From an uncultured bacterium (GTDB taxonomy: Bacteria; Eisenbacteria; RBG-16-71-46; CAIMUX01; WJJG01), in contig CAYQJL010000018.1 of NCBI GenBank assembly GCA_964417675.1, forward strand, positions 16,760 to 80,759: DNA of 64,000 nucleotides, in the 5' to 3' direction. Positions 46,863-57,837 of the stretch are shown here, in pieces (positions within the stretch are counted from its first letter, which is position 1; each line of letters opens with the position of its first letter). The notes under the pieces were generated by a model. That model had not been told where the DNA came from. It worked only from the letters and a program-made list of their open reading frames with translations, and did no database searches. Position numbers and translations under genes: made by a program.

Positions 46863-48404
46863 TCAACCCATGAATACCCGCACCAGGAGCGCTTTGCGGG
46901 GCAAGCCGGAGCGCAGCACGATCTCGCGCTCTTCCTGTCCATAGACACGCAGCACGCGCAGCAGCAGGTACTGCAAGATCGTCACGACGGCGAGGGCGCC
47001 CATGAGCAGCATTGGATGTCCGAGGCTCTCGCGCAGGAACCAGAGCGGCAGAACGATGGAGGAGGCCAGCAGCACACGTCCGAAGTGCCCCCAGGGCACA
47101 TTGACGCCGGGCAGCATACGCCGGGCGGCCAGATACTGGAGAATGCCGCTGGCCAACAGGGCAATGGCAACCGGCGGGATGCCGCCCCAGATCCCGTAGC
47201 GCGGGATGAAGACGAAATCCAAGATGACATTGATCACGGCGCCCACGATGGCGATCAGGGTATTGACCAGGACCTTCTCCTTGACGAACAACGCCATCCG
47301 CAACGGGGTAACCAGAAACGACAGCAGAAAGACCAGGCAGAACGCCTGGCAGAGCCCTGCGCCCGGAGCAAGATCCGCTCCATACACGGCCAGATAGACC
47401 TGGCCGCCAAGAACCGCGCCGGTTACCGCGGCGGGAACCACCAGGATGAACATCAGCCGGAAATAGAGGCGCACCCCACGGATCAGATCCTGGCCGTGCC
47501 GGGCGTGCACCTCGGACAGGGTGGCCAGCACGATCGGCCAGATCGCCAGGGGGACGAACTCGAGGATCATCTGCGGGAGATTGTAGGCCGTGTTGAAGTA
47601 GGTGACGTCGGCCGGGCGCCAGTAGTGGCCGATGATCAAGGTCTCCGACGAACGCCACAGCACCTGGTTGATCAGCGCCCCGAGGGCGATCGGAAGCGCG
47701 TAGCGCATCAACCGGGTTGCGGGCAACCCCATCCCGCGATCGGCATGCATCCAGGGCAGGGCTTGCGGCAGCCAGGGGGCCAGCAGGAGGATGCCGATCA
47801 CGAAGCTCCCGGCCACGGCCAGCAGCACCCCGACCAGCGTCAGGCCGCTGCCCATCATCAGCCCCAGGGCGCCGACCAGGACCACCTTCTGCACGACCGA
47901 CGCCACGGTGAACCGGCGCATGCTGCGTACCGCCATGAAGACATGACTGGCCGTGTTCCACAGCACCTCCGATAGCAGCAGCGCCGTTCCCAGAGGCAAG
48001 ATCGCGCTCAACTCGAACCGGAAGTCGGGGTGAAACAGCGCGGCGATCTGTTGCCGGAAAGGAAGAATCAGCGCCAGAACGGCGACATAGGCCAGAAGCT
48101 GATACACCAGGGAACGTCCCAGGAGCTGCCGGGTGCCCTTCCCATCGCCCCGCACTCTGAGCTCGGGGAGAAACTGCAGGATGCCCTGGGCCAGGCCCAG
48201 GGCCATGGCCAGCGACAGGAAGCGGGCGATGTTGAGAAACACGCCGTAGACACCGTAGGTTTCCTCACCCAATCCGCGGACGATCAGGGCGTTTGACACC
48301 AGGGACAGCGCCGCCACCAGAAGCTTCGACACCAGGCTCCACGCCAGGGCCGTGGGCACCTCGTGCGCGGTATGAACATCGTTGCCGGTCGCATCTCGGT
48401 TCAC
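46863..48404 (-). CDS. Oligosaccharide flippase (Wzx/MOP superfamily)
   Basis: About 14 TM helices; VRGLGEETYGVY, LMRYALP, YFNTAY. Confidence 0.82.
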   Translation of the reverse strand: MNRDATGNDVHTAHEVPTALAWSLVSKLLVAALSLVSNALIVRGLGEETYGVYGVFLNIARFLSLAMALGLAQGILQFLPELRVRGDGKGTRQLLGRSLVYQLLAYVAVLALILPFRQQIAALFHPDFRFELSAILPLGTALLLSEVLWNTASHVFMAVRSMRRFTVASVVQKVVLVGALGLMMGSGLTLVGVLLAVAGSFVIGILLLAPWLPQALPWMHADRGMGLPATRLMRYALPIALGALINQVLWRSSETLIIGHYWRPADVTYFNTAYNLPQMILEFVPLAIWPIVLATLSEVHARHGQDLIRGVRLYFRLMFILVVPAAVTGAVLGGQVYLAVYGADLAPGAGLCQAFCLVFLLSFLVTPLRMALFVKEKVLVNTLIAIVGAVINVILDFVFIPRYGIWGGIPPVAIALLASGILQYLAARRMLPGVNVPWGHFGRVLLASSIVLPLWFLRESLGHPMLLMGALAVVTILQYLLLRVLRVYGQEEREIVLRSGLPRKALLVRVFMG

Positions 48405-48421
48405 AGCTCGGCGGGGCTCCT

Positions 48422-51403
48422 CTAGTAGACCTCCAGGTATCCCACCGTCTCTCCGTCGTAGAGATCGCGGTCATCGAAGTGGTAGGTGATCGGCCAATTC
48501 GGCAGGAAGGTTTGCTCGAGCCACATGATCTTCACCGCATACTCCCCCGGCGCCAGGTAGGCCGGCACCTGGATCGTCACGCGATCGGTCACGAATCGGT
48601 CGGTGGGCCAATGCTCGATGCCCAGCAAACCATCGATCGGACGGTGAATCTCACGGTGCCGGTAGGCCACGTTGTTCTTCCGTTCGTGCCAGAGGCGGTG
48701 CGGCTTGCTCCAGCGCAGGGACCACAGGGGCCCGCGCGGGGCGGGCGTGTCCAGCCGCAGGTGCACATTGACCGGGAACCGCGGTGCATCCCCCACCCGA
48801 CGCCAGTAGAGCAACACCCCAAGGGTGTCTCCACGGTTGACCAGCGTCGTGTCCAACTCCACGGCCGTGAGCTGGAGGCCGGCCGATGCATCCGCCGCCA
48901 CCGGTATGACGCCGGCCGGTAGATCGCGCACCAGGATGTTCCGCGTCAGCTCGGCGCTGGTCCGCCCGCTGATCCGTTCCCGTCCGGGGCGCACGATGCC
49001 GGCCAGGGCCTCGACGTTTTCCCGGCGGACCCGGAAGAGGGCGCTCTCGCGCCGGCGTCCATGTTCCCACATCGGCTCGAACAAGTCCGGCTCGCTGAGC
49101 AGGGCCTCTTTCTGGCGTGCCGCCAGCGACGGGCTCGCGTCACAGTGGAACTGATGCACAGGGTAAGGCAATGCGCCATTGACGAGAACGTAGTCGACAC
49201 CGAAGCGGTGGCACAGCCTGGCCTTCTCGCCGGCGCCCCGATAGGGGCTCAGGATATCCCGGCAGGCCGCGAGTCGTTCGACGGCCAACGAATCGGAAGG
49301 CGAGCCGTGCTGGTGCAGCACGGACACGGTATGGAGGGGGGTGAAGGCCGGAATGCTGTAGCCGGTCACGGGATCGCTGAGCACCACGGCTGGCCCTGGA
49401 ACCGTCTCCGCCAGCTTCTCCAAGAGGGGCCGCCACGCGAGCGAGGAGTTGGCCTCGCGGCGCTCCAGATTGGCCCGCGCGTATGACTGGGCAAACCCCT
49501 CCAGACGCGGAAAGAGCAGCAGGACCATGAACACGTAGAACAGCAGGGAGGTGATCACCCGCCGCGTCGAGTTCAGCTCCAACAGGTTCTCGCCCATCTG
49601 GCGCGCCATGAGCGCCACGACCATGAGAAACGGGATGGTCACCAGGAATCGGGCAACCAAGTACCCCAGATAGGGCTCCAGCAGAGGCACCAGGAACGGA
49701 TTGAGCACCACCAGGACCGGAACCGTGCTGAGCGTCACCATGTACAACACCGCATCATCCTCGCGGGCACGTTTCCACAGGAAGAGCGACAGGAACACCC
49801 CTCCGAATCCGGCCGTGGTGAGGAATCGCTTCCAGTGATCGGGCATGAGGATGAAGATGTTGTCACCGAACCAGAGAATGCCATGGGCATGCGTGTGGAT
49901 CGGGTTGATCGTTTCGTAGGTAAAGAGCATCCGCCAGATGAAGGGCAGCAGACACCCGGCGGCGGCCGCCAGCAGAACCTGTCCCCCCCGTGGAAGAACC
50001 GGATAGCGCCAACCGTGCAAGAGCAGCATCGCCAGGAGAAAGACTCCCAGCGAGAAGAGAATGTGCAGCGCGGAGAAGATATGTGCGGCCGTGGCCCCGA
50101 ACGCGGCGAGCGCGACGAACAGCAGGACATGCCGGTGACCGCGGCGCAGGATGTATTCGAGCGATATGGCCAACGTGGCCCAGGACAGCACGATCCCCAT
50201 CTGGCTGCCGTAGCCCAGACGCAGGAAGAGGCCCCGGTTGACCTCGCCGAAGAAGACGAACGCCAAGAAGGTGGCAAACAGGGCCGAGCCCTCGCTGCGC
50301 AGCAGGCGGCGGGCGAAGGCATGAAAGACGATCAGCGCGAGGGGCGCCAGCAGGCCGGGAAGCATGCTCCAGAGGGTGAGCACATCCACGCGCGCCAGGG
50401 TGGCTTGCAGGGCCAACATGACGTGGAAGAATCCCTTGCGCGCGTCAACGGCCGATCCATCCCCGTCTATGTAGAATGTGGTGCGCGGAAGGATCCGATC
50501 CCGGTCGACCATCTCGCGGAGGCAACTCATGTGGTCAAGGGCATCGGTCCCGAAGCCGAATTGGCCGCCCGCATAGAATCCCAGGGCGGAGGCCGACACA
50601 ACCAGCACGCCCAAGACCAGCAAGGTGGCCCAGCGGGGAGCCACCGGATGATCCCGCTTGTGTTGGTCTCCCAGCCGATAGGCTTCCCGCAAGATTCTCT
50701 GCATGAAGGGGTTGACAGGCTGGCCGGCCATGAAGAGCTCTGGCTGACCGGACTCCCCGGCTGTCTCCGCCCCACCGAGCCCGTCGCGAGTCTGGCCCGC
50801 GGGCTGGGTCGGCCCCGCGGGCTGGGTCGGCCCCGCGGTCGCCTCGCCCACAACGCCCTCCACGAACCTGCCCGGTTCGGAAACCCCTGACGACTCCGGT
50901 CCCTGCCAGGACGTGGACTGGGCCGCGACGTCCCCCTGCCGTGGACGCCGCGTCGACCGCGTTTCCCGAAACCCTCGAATGAGTAGCAACACCGCCAGAA
51001 TCAGCACGGCCGATGCCTCGGCCCACATCAGGGTGGACAGACGACCTAGCAGGGGCGGCTGGCTTTCGGGGCCGGGCACGGGTCCGAGGCCTACATCGCC
51101 CCCGCAGAACCAGGCCGCCATCCCCAGGAAGGAAGCGATCGCCACGCTGGCGGCGAAGGCCCGCATCAATCGTGCCGCCAGGCCGATGGTCGAACGGGGC
51201 AGTACCAGCAGATGCAACAACCATCCCGGCAGCAAGAACAGGAGCGGCGTGCCGATCAACACCCGCAGGGCCTCGGGCACAAACGAAGCCGAGTAGTAGA
51301 CTGCCGGATAGGCCAGCGGACTCGCCAACCACATCAGATGCAGTGGGGCGATCCGACGGCGCGTGATCGGCTGCTGGTCTGCGTCGCGATCCCCGGCTTC
51401 CAT
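48422..51403 (-). CDS. Large polytopic membrane protein, probable GT-C fold glycosyltransferase
   Basis: More than 12 TM helices; loop GTDALDH; periplasmic tail VVLSDPVTGYSIPAF, FGVDYVLVN, LYWR..G, APGEY.V typical of GT-C-associated domains; lies between GT2 and flippase genes. Confidence 0.65.
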   Translation of the reverse strand: MEAGDRDADQQPITRRRIAPLHLMWLASPLAYPAVYYSASFVPEALRVLIGTPLLFLLPGWLLHLLVLPRSTIGLAARLMRAFAASVAIASFLGMAAWFCGGDVGLGPVPGPESQPPLLGRLSTLMWAEASAVLILAVLLLIRGFRETRSTRRPRQGDVAAQSTSWQGPESSGVSEPGRFVEGVVGEATAGPTQPAGPTQPAGQTRDGLGGAETAGESGQPELFMAGQPVNPFMQRILREAYRLGDQHKRDHPVAPRWATLLVLGVLVVSASALGFYAGGQFGFGTDALDHMSCLREMVDRDRILPRTTFYIDGDGSAVDARKGFFHVMLALQATLARVDVLTLWSMLPGLLAPLALIVFHAFARRLLRSEGSALFATFLAFVFFGEVNRGLFLRLGYGSQMGIVLSWATLAISLEYILRRGHRHVLLFVALAAFGATAAHIFSALHILFSLGVFLLAMLLLHGWRYPVLPRGGQVLLAAAAGCLLPFIWRMLFTYETINPIHTHAHGILWFGDNIFILMPDHWKRFLTTAGFGGVFLSLFLWKRAREDDAVLYMVTLSTVPVLVVLNPFLVPLLEPYLGYLVARFLVTIPFLMVVALMARQMGENLLELNSTRRVITSLLFYVFMVLLLFPRLEGFAQSYARANLERREANSSLAWRPLLEKLAETVPGPAVVLSDPVTGYSIPAFTPLHTVSVLHQHGSPSDSLAVERLAACRDILSPYRGAGEKARLCHRFGVDYVLVNGALPYPVHQFHCDASPSLAARQKEALLSEPDLFEPMWEHGRRRESALFRVRRENVEALAGIVRPGRERISGRTSAELTRNILVRDLPAGVIPVAADASAGLQLTAVELDTTLVNRGDTLGVLLYWRRVGDAPRFPVNVHLRLDTPAPRGPLWSLRWSKPHRLWHERKNNVAYRHREIHRPIDGLLGIEHWPTDRFVTDRVTIQVPAYLAPGEYAVKIMWLEQTFLPNWPITYHFDDRDLYDGETVGYLEVY

Positions 51404-51433
51404 GCCTGTCTCGATCCCTCCATAGACCGCGCA

Positions 51434-51535
51434 CGACCCACCAGCCGGCTCGCGATTGGTGCGGCCACTTGCGACCCACCAGCCGGCTCGCGATTGATGC
51501 GGCCACTTGCAACCCACCAGCCGGCTGGCGATTGG
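51434..51535. repeat. 2.7 x 38-bp intergenic tandem repeat
   Basis: CGACCCACCAGCCGGCTCGCGATTGGTGCGGCCACTTG at 51434 and 51472, partial at 51510. Confidence 0.85.
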
Positions 51536-51590
51536 TTCAGCCACCCGCTCGGTAACCGGCCAGAGCACGCAATCTATCGGTTCGTGCAGC

Positions 51591-52265
51591 CTAGTGGAAT
51601 CGTTTCTTGAAGAGGAAGGTCAGGTTCTCCCAACCGTCACGCCACTTGCGCAGCTTGACCTCCCCCACGCGAGGTTCATACCGGATGTGATACTCGGCGA
51701 ATCGTACCTCGGGATGCCGGCCGGCCTCGATCTTGATTTCCTGCGAGAAGGGCATTCCGTCACTGGTGACATTGAGCTTGCCCAGAACGGAGCGTCGGAA
51801 CACCCACATGCCGGACTGGGAGTCGGCCATCTTCTGGCCGAACAGCATCCAGGTCGCCGCAGTCAGGACCCAGTTGCCCAGCTTGTTGCTGCGATTCATC
51901 GCGCGAGGGTCCTTCAGCGGAAAGCGCGCGGCGGAGATGAAGTCGAGCTTCTCTGCGATCAGATGTTCCATGAGCCCCGGAATCTCTTCGGGCGGGTAGG
52001 TGCAATCGGCATCCATGGTGATGATGATCTCCTGGCTCGCGGCCGCCATGCCGGCCTTGTAGGCCGCTCCATACCCCTGCCGGGACTCGAAGACGACCTT
52101 GGCGCCCAGTCTCTCCGCCACCTCCTGGGTGCGGTCGGTGGAGTTGTTGTTCGCGACCACGATCTCATCGACGAAGTCGGGGAGGCGCCGGATAACGGCC
52201 TCGATGCCCTCCTCCTCGTTGTAGGCCGGAATCACCACGCTGATTGTAAGACCTTGATACAACAC
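51591..52265 (-). CDS. Polyprenol-phosphate glycosyltransferase (DPM1/GtrB-like GT2)
   Basis: SVVIPAYNEEEGI, NNSTDRT, GYGAA, MDADCTYP, DSQSGM, YEPRVGEVKL..WRDG; GGAGG RBS. Confidence 0.9.
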   Translation of the reverse strand: MLYQGLTISVVIPAYNEEEGIEAVIRRLPDFVDEIVVANNNSTDRTQEVAERLGAKVVFESRQGYGAAYKAGMAAASQEIIITMDADCTYPPEEIPGLMEHLIAEKLDFISAARFPLKDPRAMNRSNKLGNWVLTAATWMLFGQKMADSQSGMWVFRRSVLGKLNVTSDGMPFSQEIKIEAGRHPEVRFAEYHIRYEPRVGEVKLRKWRDGWENLTFLFKKRFH

Positions 52266-52571
52266 AACCTCCAATGCCGTATGCATACGGCCAACGCCGT
52301 CTGGCGCCGGACTTGCGGGCAGAACCGACTCCCCACGAGTGTATCGGACAATCCGGGGCGGTTCCAGCGCCACAAACGTGCCCCGGCCAGAACCGCCCAG
52401 CTTGCCGGAGCGGTCCCACCCAGGCCGCCCCACCGGAGCCGGACGGATCGATTCGTAGCTCGCGCGGGCAACAGCCACCCACCGATGGCGGCCGAACGGG
52501 GGTATCAAAATCGAGGCGGCCGGAGCCGGACGCTCCAGCCGCCTTCTACAGGTCATCCCGATGCTTCATCA

Positions 52572-55325
52572 TCAACGAACGATCAGGAGCCTCCCCTGGT
52601 GGGCGCCCTCCCCACCCTGGATACGGTAGAGATAGACGCCGCCGGTCACCGGTTGGCCCTGTTCATCGCAGCCATCCCAATGGAGGCCCTGCACGCCCGC
52701 GGGCAGGAGGCGCTCCAGACCGCGAATCTGGCGGCCCTGGAGGTCGAAGATGCTCGCGCGTACCTGGCCACCCTGGCCCAGTTCGAAGCGCAGGGTGGTC
52801 GCGCCAGGTCCCGGATTGGGTGCGGCGCCCAGGAGGCGCAGGCCGCCGGCTAGCCGCGGCTCGCCGATACCCTGACTGCCCTCGACCGTGAAACTGGCAG
52901 CCGGCATGCAGGGGCCGGCCTCCTCGCCATCGTCGGCGTAGGCCCGCCAGTAGTAGGTGCCATCCGCCAGGGGCGAGACCACCGTCCAGGCCGTCTCGGA
53001 GGCACCCTCGGGCACGCCGCTGACGCTGCTTACCAGGTTCGTGAGCAGGACATCCGCGAACAGCTGGAAGCCGTAGGTGAGCTCATCGCCGGGGTCCGGA
53101 TCGGTGGCGTTGCTGACCACCAGGGTGGGCCGGGCCGTGGGCACCGTTTCACCGTCGGCCGGGCTGATCAGCGCCGGCGCATCCGGAGGCAGGTTGGCCG
53201 AACTCTGGCTCGCGATGGTCACATCGTCGACGTACCATCCCTCGCCACCGGAGTTGCCATCGGACCCGAAGCGGAAGCGGAACTGCACGTCCCCGGTGAC
53301 GCCCTGCAAAGTCACCGTCCCCTGCGTCCAGCCGAACGACCCCGAATAGACCGGCGTATGCTCTGCAAAGGGACCCGGTTGGCTCGAAGAACGAATCGTG
53401 TGGGTGTAGCCCTCATCGGGGGTGATCTGCACCCAGGGCGCGCCATCGACGGTCATCTCAAGAATCCCGCCGTCGTAGGCTCGGCCGGTCCAGTAGCTGC
53501 TGGCCTCGGCATCCATCCAGTGCCAGAAGGAAAGCTGGGTCGCGGCACCGATCGGAATGACCGGAGTCTCGAGCACGCCGTCGGCCAGCGGGGCGTAGTC
53601 TCCGCTGCCCGTGCTTCCAAACTTCCAGCTCGTGGATCCCCCCGGGGTGTGGTTGCGCGCCGTGCTCATGTGCCACTGGTCCACATAGCCGGCGGTCTCA
53701 ACATGGTGGACCCAGTCTCCCTGGCCGGACTCCATGTCATCGGCGAACACCACCGGGAGATCTCCCACCATGTATTCGCGCTCGAACGCGACCTCGAATC
53801 CGTCGGCCGACACCAGCAGGGTCAGCGACATGCGATGGCCGGCCGGGCAATCCGCGGACACCGTGAAGCTGACCGGGTGGGCGCTGTTGTCCGCCTCTCC
53901 CCGGGCCGGCACCGTCCCGAGGGGGGCCTGGGCGACATTGAGCTGCACGTACGGATCGTTCGACAGCAGGGTCACGATCGCATTGCTCGCATCCTGCTCG
54001 ATGGCATCATTGCGTACGCTCAGGACGAGTTCGCAGGTCTCGCCCGGATCGGGCTTCTCATCCATGTTGCCACCGCTCAGCGTCAGATCGAGCAGCGTCA
54101 AGTAGACACCCGCGGCCTTCATCAGATAGAGGTTCTTGGGAATGTTCTCAGCCACCAGCCCCGGGATTTCGGCGTCGGCCGGCCAGAAGCCGGAGCCGCT
54201 GACCTCGGTGCAGAAGCTCCACATCTTCGGCTTGGTGGTCCGCTCGCCATAGGCCCAGTCGGTGGTCGTCCCCGAACAGCTATATCCGATTGTCTCGCCG
54301 GCTTGCCCGACATCGTAGCTGTAGCCGGTGAATGCGCTCAAGGCATTGCCGACTTCGCGGAAGAGGGCATCGTCCTCGGTGTGCGCACTCGTCCAGGTCC
54401 AGGGGATGAGGATCGCTCCGGCAACGCTATGGTAGGTATCGTGGGTGACAAACTCGCGGCCATTCACAAAATTGATGAATGCTTCTACGCAAGGCTCCGA
54501 AGCCGGCGCGGGCCCGAGGTAGACATCGCTGCAGGGATCGTAGCTGATGCCGCCATGATCCCACATGTAGGGGTAATTCCGATTGGGATCGACACCGTAG
54601 CAGCTGCTCCCGGCATTGTCCCGGCGGTTCTTCCGCCACATGCCGCCGCCGCCCGGATAGGTCTGCTCGTTGTACAGATAGCCGTCCGGATTCACCACGG
54701 GTATGAAGTAGGTCTGGCGGTTATCGACCAGGAAGGTCACCTCGGGATCGGTTCCGTAGTTCTCGCACAGGAAACGGATCGTCTCGATCAAGATGTTGAC
54801 GCCGATCGGTTCGCGGGCGTGATGGAGCGCATCGAAGAGCACCTCCGGCTCGTCCGGCTCATCGATGTCAACATTGTCCGAGAGCTTGACGGCCCAGATG
54901 GCATTGCCCTCATGGGTCGTCCCGATCGAAAACTTCTCACTGAGAATCTCGGGGTACAGGCTCCGGAACTCATCCAGGTAGACGATCATCTCGCTGTAGG
55001 AATAGTAGTCGCCCAGATTGCGATCCTGCGTCCGCTGGGCGGCGTAATGCTCCTCCATGTCGGGAATCTGGATCTCGACGACGAAACCCAGAGCCTCGAG
55101 CTGGAGGATCTGCTCGTCGTGGCTGACCAGAATCAGTTCCTCGCCGGGAACATACTTCATGATGTCCAGATCGGGGATCTGGCGCAGGGTTTGCAGATCG
55201 ACGGCATCGACCCACTGCAGTCTGACCTGCACCTTGGGGTAGCTGCCGGTGTAGGCATCGGCGAGGTCCCCCATCCCACACACAAACGCAAATGCAACCG
55301 CTAGAAGAACCAGCCGCTGGTGCAT
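52572..55325 (-). CDS. M14 zinc carboxypeptidase with Ig-like, jelly-roll and C-terminal FlgD-Ig domains
   Basis: HHAREP (HxxE), NPDG, WRKNRR, GVDPNRNY, TYHS, TEV; C-terminus APNP...IFDLQGRQIR...WDG.DE.G..V.GGVYLYR. Confidence 0.92.
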   Translation of the reverse strand: MHQRLVLLAVAFAFVCGMGDLADAYTGSYPKVQVRLQWVDAVDLQTLRQIPDLDIMKYVPGEELILVSHDEQILQLEALGFVVEIQIPDMEEHYAAQRTQDRNLGDYYSYSEMIVYLDEFRSLYPEILSEKFSIGTTHEGNAIWAVKLSDNVDIDEPDEPEVLFDALHHAREPIGVNILIETIRFLCENYGTDPEVTFLVDNRQTYFIPVVNPDGYLYNEQTYPGGGGMWRKNRRDNAGSSCYGVDPNRNYPYMWDHGGISYDPCSDVYLGPAPASEPCVEAFINFVNGREFVTHDTYHSVAGAILIPWTWTSAHTEDDALFREVGNALSAFTGYSYDVGQAGETIGYSCSGTTTDWAYGERTTKPKMWSFCTEVSGSGFWPADAEIPGLVAENIPKNLYLMKAAGVYLTLLDLTLSGGNMDEKPDPGETCELVLSVRNDAIEQDASNAIVTLLSNDPYVQLNVAQAPLGTVPARGEADNSAHPVSFTVSADCPAGHRMSLTLLVSADGFEVAFEREYMVGDLPVVFADDMESGQGDWVHHVETAGYVDQWHMSTARNHTPGGSTSWKFGSTGSGDYAPLADGVLETPVIPIGAATQLSFWHWMDAEASSYWTGRAYDGGILEMTVDGAPWVQITPDEGYTHTIRSSSQPGPFAEHTPVYSGSFGWTQGTVTLQGVTGDVQFRFRFGSDGNSGGEGWYVDDVTIASQSSANLPPDAPALISPADGETVPTARPTLVVSNATDPDPGDELTYGFQLFADVLLTNLVSSVSGVPEGASETAWTVVSPLADGTYYWRAYADDGEEAGPCMPAASFTVEGSQGIGEPRLAGGLRLLGAAPNPGPGATTLRFELGQGGQVRASIFDLQGRQIRGLERLLPAGVQGLHWDGCDEQGQPVTGGVYLYRIQGGEGAHQGRLLIVR

Positions 55326-55535
55326 CGAAAGCCTCCTCCTGGTTCGGCGCCGGCCATGCCACTCCGTGGATCATGGGAGGTGCCCCGTATGGGCCAACTT
55401 TACGACTGTATTCTACCACGGATCCCCCCCGTTTGCCTGCCTGATTGACCCTTTGCAAGCCATCCCGTAGGTTTCCCCCAGTGGGCATGGTTCATGCACC
55501 TGATCCGCAGGCGCGGCCGCTTGCCGCGGCCGACC

Positions 55536-55634
55536 GGCACGGTCCACGATCGCGGTCCGGGGGTACGGTTCGTGATCGCGGTCCATGGGCACGGTCCACG
55601 ATCGCGGTCTGTGGGTACGGTTCGTGATCGCGGC
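55536..55634. repeat. 4 x about 26-bp alternating tandem repeat upstream of fabG
   Basis: gcacggtccacgatcgcggtc and gtacggttcgtgatcgcggtc alternate twice. Confidence 0.8.
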
Positions 55635-55678
55635 CGGCAGGGGGAGTCGAATCCACCAGGGGAGGGAGAAGCAAAGCG

Positions 55679-56443
55679 ATGTCTGGACAGGCGCTGAAAG
55701 AAGACCTTCTGGGCCAGGTCGCCATTGTCACCGGATCCGCCCGCGGGATCGGCAAGGCGATCGCGTTGGCCCTGGCCCGGCGCGGAGCCGATGTGGTCAT
55801 CACCGACATCGATGAGGCCGTCTCCCGCGCAACCAGCAAGGAAATCGAGGGGTTGGGGCGCCGGTCCCTGGCCATCCGCTGCGATGTGTCCCAGAAGGCC
55901 GATGTCGAGACCCTGGTGAAGACGACCCTCGACACCCTCGGGGGGCTCGACATCTTCGTCAACAATGCCGGCATCACCCGCGACACCCTCCTGATGCGCA
56001 TGAGCGAGGAGCAGTGGGACCAGGTGCTCGACATCAATCTGAAGGGCACCTTCTTCGGGTGCCAGGTGGCGGGCAAGGCGATGATGAAGGCCCGCCGGGG
56101 ACGGATCGTCAATCTGGCCTCGATCATGGGCCTGATCGGCAATGTGGGTCAGGCCAATTACGCCGCCTCGAAGGGTGGCGTGATCGCCCTGACCCGTTCG
56201 GCGGCAAAGGAACTCGCCGCGCGCAACATCAATGTCAATGCCATCGCGCCCGGCTTCATCGAAACGGAGATGACGCGGGAGCTTCCCGAGAAGAGCAGGC
56301 AGCAATTCCTCGATATCGTCCCCCTGAAGCGGGTCGGCACGCCGGAGGATGTCGCCCATCTGGTATGCTTCCTGTGCTCGGAGGAGTCCAGTTACATCAC
56401 CGGCCAGGTCATCGTCATCGACGGCGGCCTGACGATCAACTAG
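55679..56443 (+). CDS. fabG: 3-oxoacyl-ACP reductase
   Basis: [33 protein letters not shown] (YxxxK), [10 protein letters not shown]. Confidence 0.93.
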   Translation: MSGQALKEDLLGQVAIVTGSARGIGKAIALALARRGADVVITDIDEAVSRATSKEIEGLGRRSLAIRCDVSQKADVETLVKTTLDTLGGLDIFVNNAGITRDTLLMRMSEEQWDQVLDINLKGTFFGCQVAGKAMMKARRGRIVNLASIMGLIGNVGQANYAASKGGVIALTRSAAKELAARNINVNAIAPGFIETEMTRELPEKSRQQFLDIVPLKRVGTPEDVAHLVCFLCSEESSYITGQVIVIDGGLTIN

Positions 56444-56509
56444 GCGTAGGCCCGGCTGGCCGCCGATCCTCTCCTCGGGAGTGATCCGCCCCAGCGGCAG
56501 GAGACAGGC

Positions 56510-57808
56510 TTGACCCGAGATCATCAGGCCCAACAGGGGTCCGCCGGGCACCCGCTCTTCGAGGATGCGGACTTCCAGCGTGCCGAGAGCCGCATTCGCA
56601 GCTCCAGCAGGGTGCTCATCGACCTGCTCGAGGAACTGGTCGGCATCCGCTCGGAGAATCCGCCGGGGGATAACTACCTCGAATGCGCCCTCCTGCTGAG
56701 CGAGCGGCTGCGCGATCTGGGCTTCACTCCCCGGCTGATCGAGGTGCCCCCTCACGAGCTGCGCCGGCTCGGGTTGCCGGACGCGCTGCCGCGCCCGTCG
56801 GTCATCGCCGCCTTCGGCGACGAATCGCCGGACGCTCCGACCCTACACTTCCACGCTCACTACGATGTCGTGCCCGCCGAATGTGACGACATGTTTCGCC
56901 TGCGGGTGGAGGGCGACGATGCCTGGGGACGCGGCACGGCCGATATGAAAGGCGGCATCGTCTCGCTGCTGCTGGCGCTTTCGGCGCTCAAGCTCCTCCG
57001 GCCACGGCTGGCAGGCCGGGTTCTCCTGTCGCTGGTCCCGGATGAAGAAACCGGGGGGCGTGCCGGCACCGAATACCTGTTTCGCTCCGGCATCCTGCCC
57101 CGGCGCTCGCTCGGCATGCTGACCCCCGAACCGACCCACGGGACCGTCTGGAACGGCAATCGGGGCGCCATCTCCCAGCTTCTGACCGTTGGGGGGCGGA
57201 TGGCCCATGTGGCCGTGCAGCATCAGGGCCGCAACGCCTTCGAGGGGCTCCTGGAACTGGGGCAGATGCTTCGGGATGTGAAGCTGGAGGTCGAGGCCCG
57301 CCGTTTCGATGGCCCGGACCTCGGCATGGACGGCCCCCCGTCGGTGCTACTGCTGGGGGGAATCACCCGCGGGGGAACGAACTTCAACGTCGTGCCCGAG
57401 ACCACCAGTTTCTCGGTGGACCGCCGCTTCCATCCCCACGAGTCACAGACCGGCGTGGCCCGGGAACTGGAGCGGATCTACCGCCGCTTCCGGAGGAACG
57501 GTTGGGATCTGGACGTGCAGCTCCTGCAGAAGGGCGCCGCATCCTTCACCGCCAGAGACACGCCTCTGGCCGAGACCCTGGCCCACGTGGTTGCGACGGT
57601 GACCGGCGCCGAGCCGAAGTTCGGCCTCTGCCCCGGTATCCTGGAAACAAGGTTCTTCATCGAGAATGAAACCCCTGGCCTGGCCTATGGCCCCGGCGAG
57701 CTGGGCCTCAGTCACACCAAGCACGAGCGCGTGAGCCTGGCGCGGATCATGGACGTGGCTTGCATCTATGCACGGATGGCGTGGGTACTGCTCGGCAGGC
57801 CGGCCTGA
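56510..57808 (+). CDS. M20 family metallohydrolase (ArgE/DapE-like)
   Basis: HAHYDVVP, GRGTADMKGG, VPDEETGG, EPT, YGPG...SH...E. Confidence 0.9.
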   Translation: MTRDHQAQQGSAGHPLFEDADFQRAESRIRSSSRVLIDLLEELVGIRSENPPGDNYLECALLLSERLRDLGFTPRLIEVPPHELRRLGLPDALPRPSVIAAFGDESPDAPTLHFHAHYDVVPAECDDMFRLRVEGDDAWGRGTADMKGGIVSLLLALSALKLLRPRLAGRVLLSLVPDEETGGRAGTEYLFRSGILPRRSLGMLTPEPTHGTVWNGNRGAISQLLTVGGRMAHVAVQHQGRNAFEGLLELGQMLRDVKLEVEARRFDGPDLGMDGPPSVLLLGGITRGGTNFNVVPETTSFSVDRRFHPHESQTGVARELERIYRRFRRNGWDLDVQLLQKGAASFTARDTPLAETLAHVVATVTGAEPKFGLCPGILETRFFIENETPGLAYGPGELGLSHTKHERVSLARIMDVACIYARMAWVLLGRPA

Positions 57809-57837
57809 AGCGGACGCCCCCCGCCATCCACCGGCGA

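Noticed and set aside
51434-51535. 38-bp repeats as CRISPR or REP elements
   Set aside because: There are no spacers and the unit does not recur elsewhere in the window; this is a local tandem duplication.
55483-55498. Sigma-54-like GG-N10-GC site (GGGCATGGTTCATGCA) upstream of fabG
   Set aside because: It is only a partial match to TGGCAC-N5-TTGC and is likely by chance in GC-rich DNA.
55679-56443. fabG as part of a fatty-acid or polyketide cluster
   Set aside because: No acpP, fabD, fabF or PKS genes are adjacent in the window.
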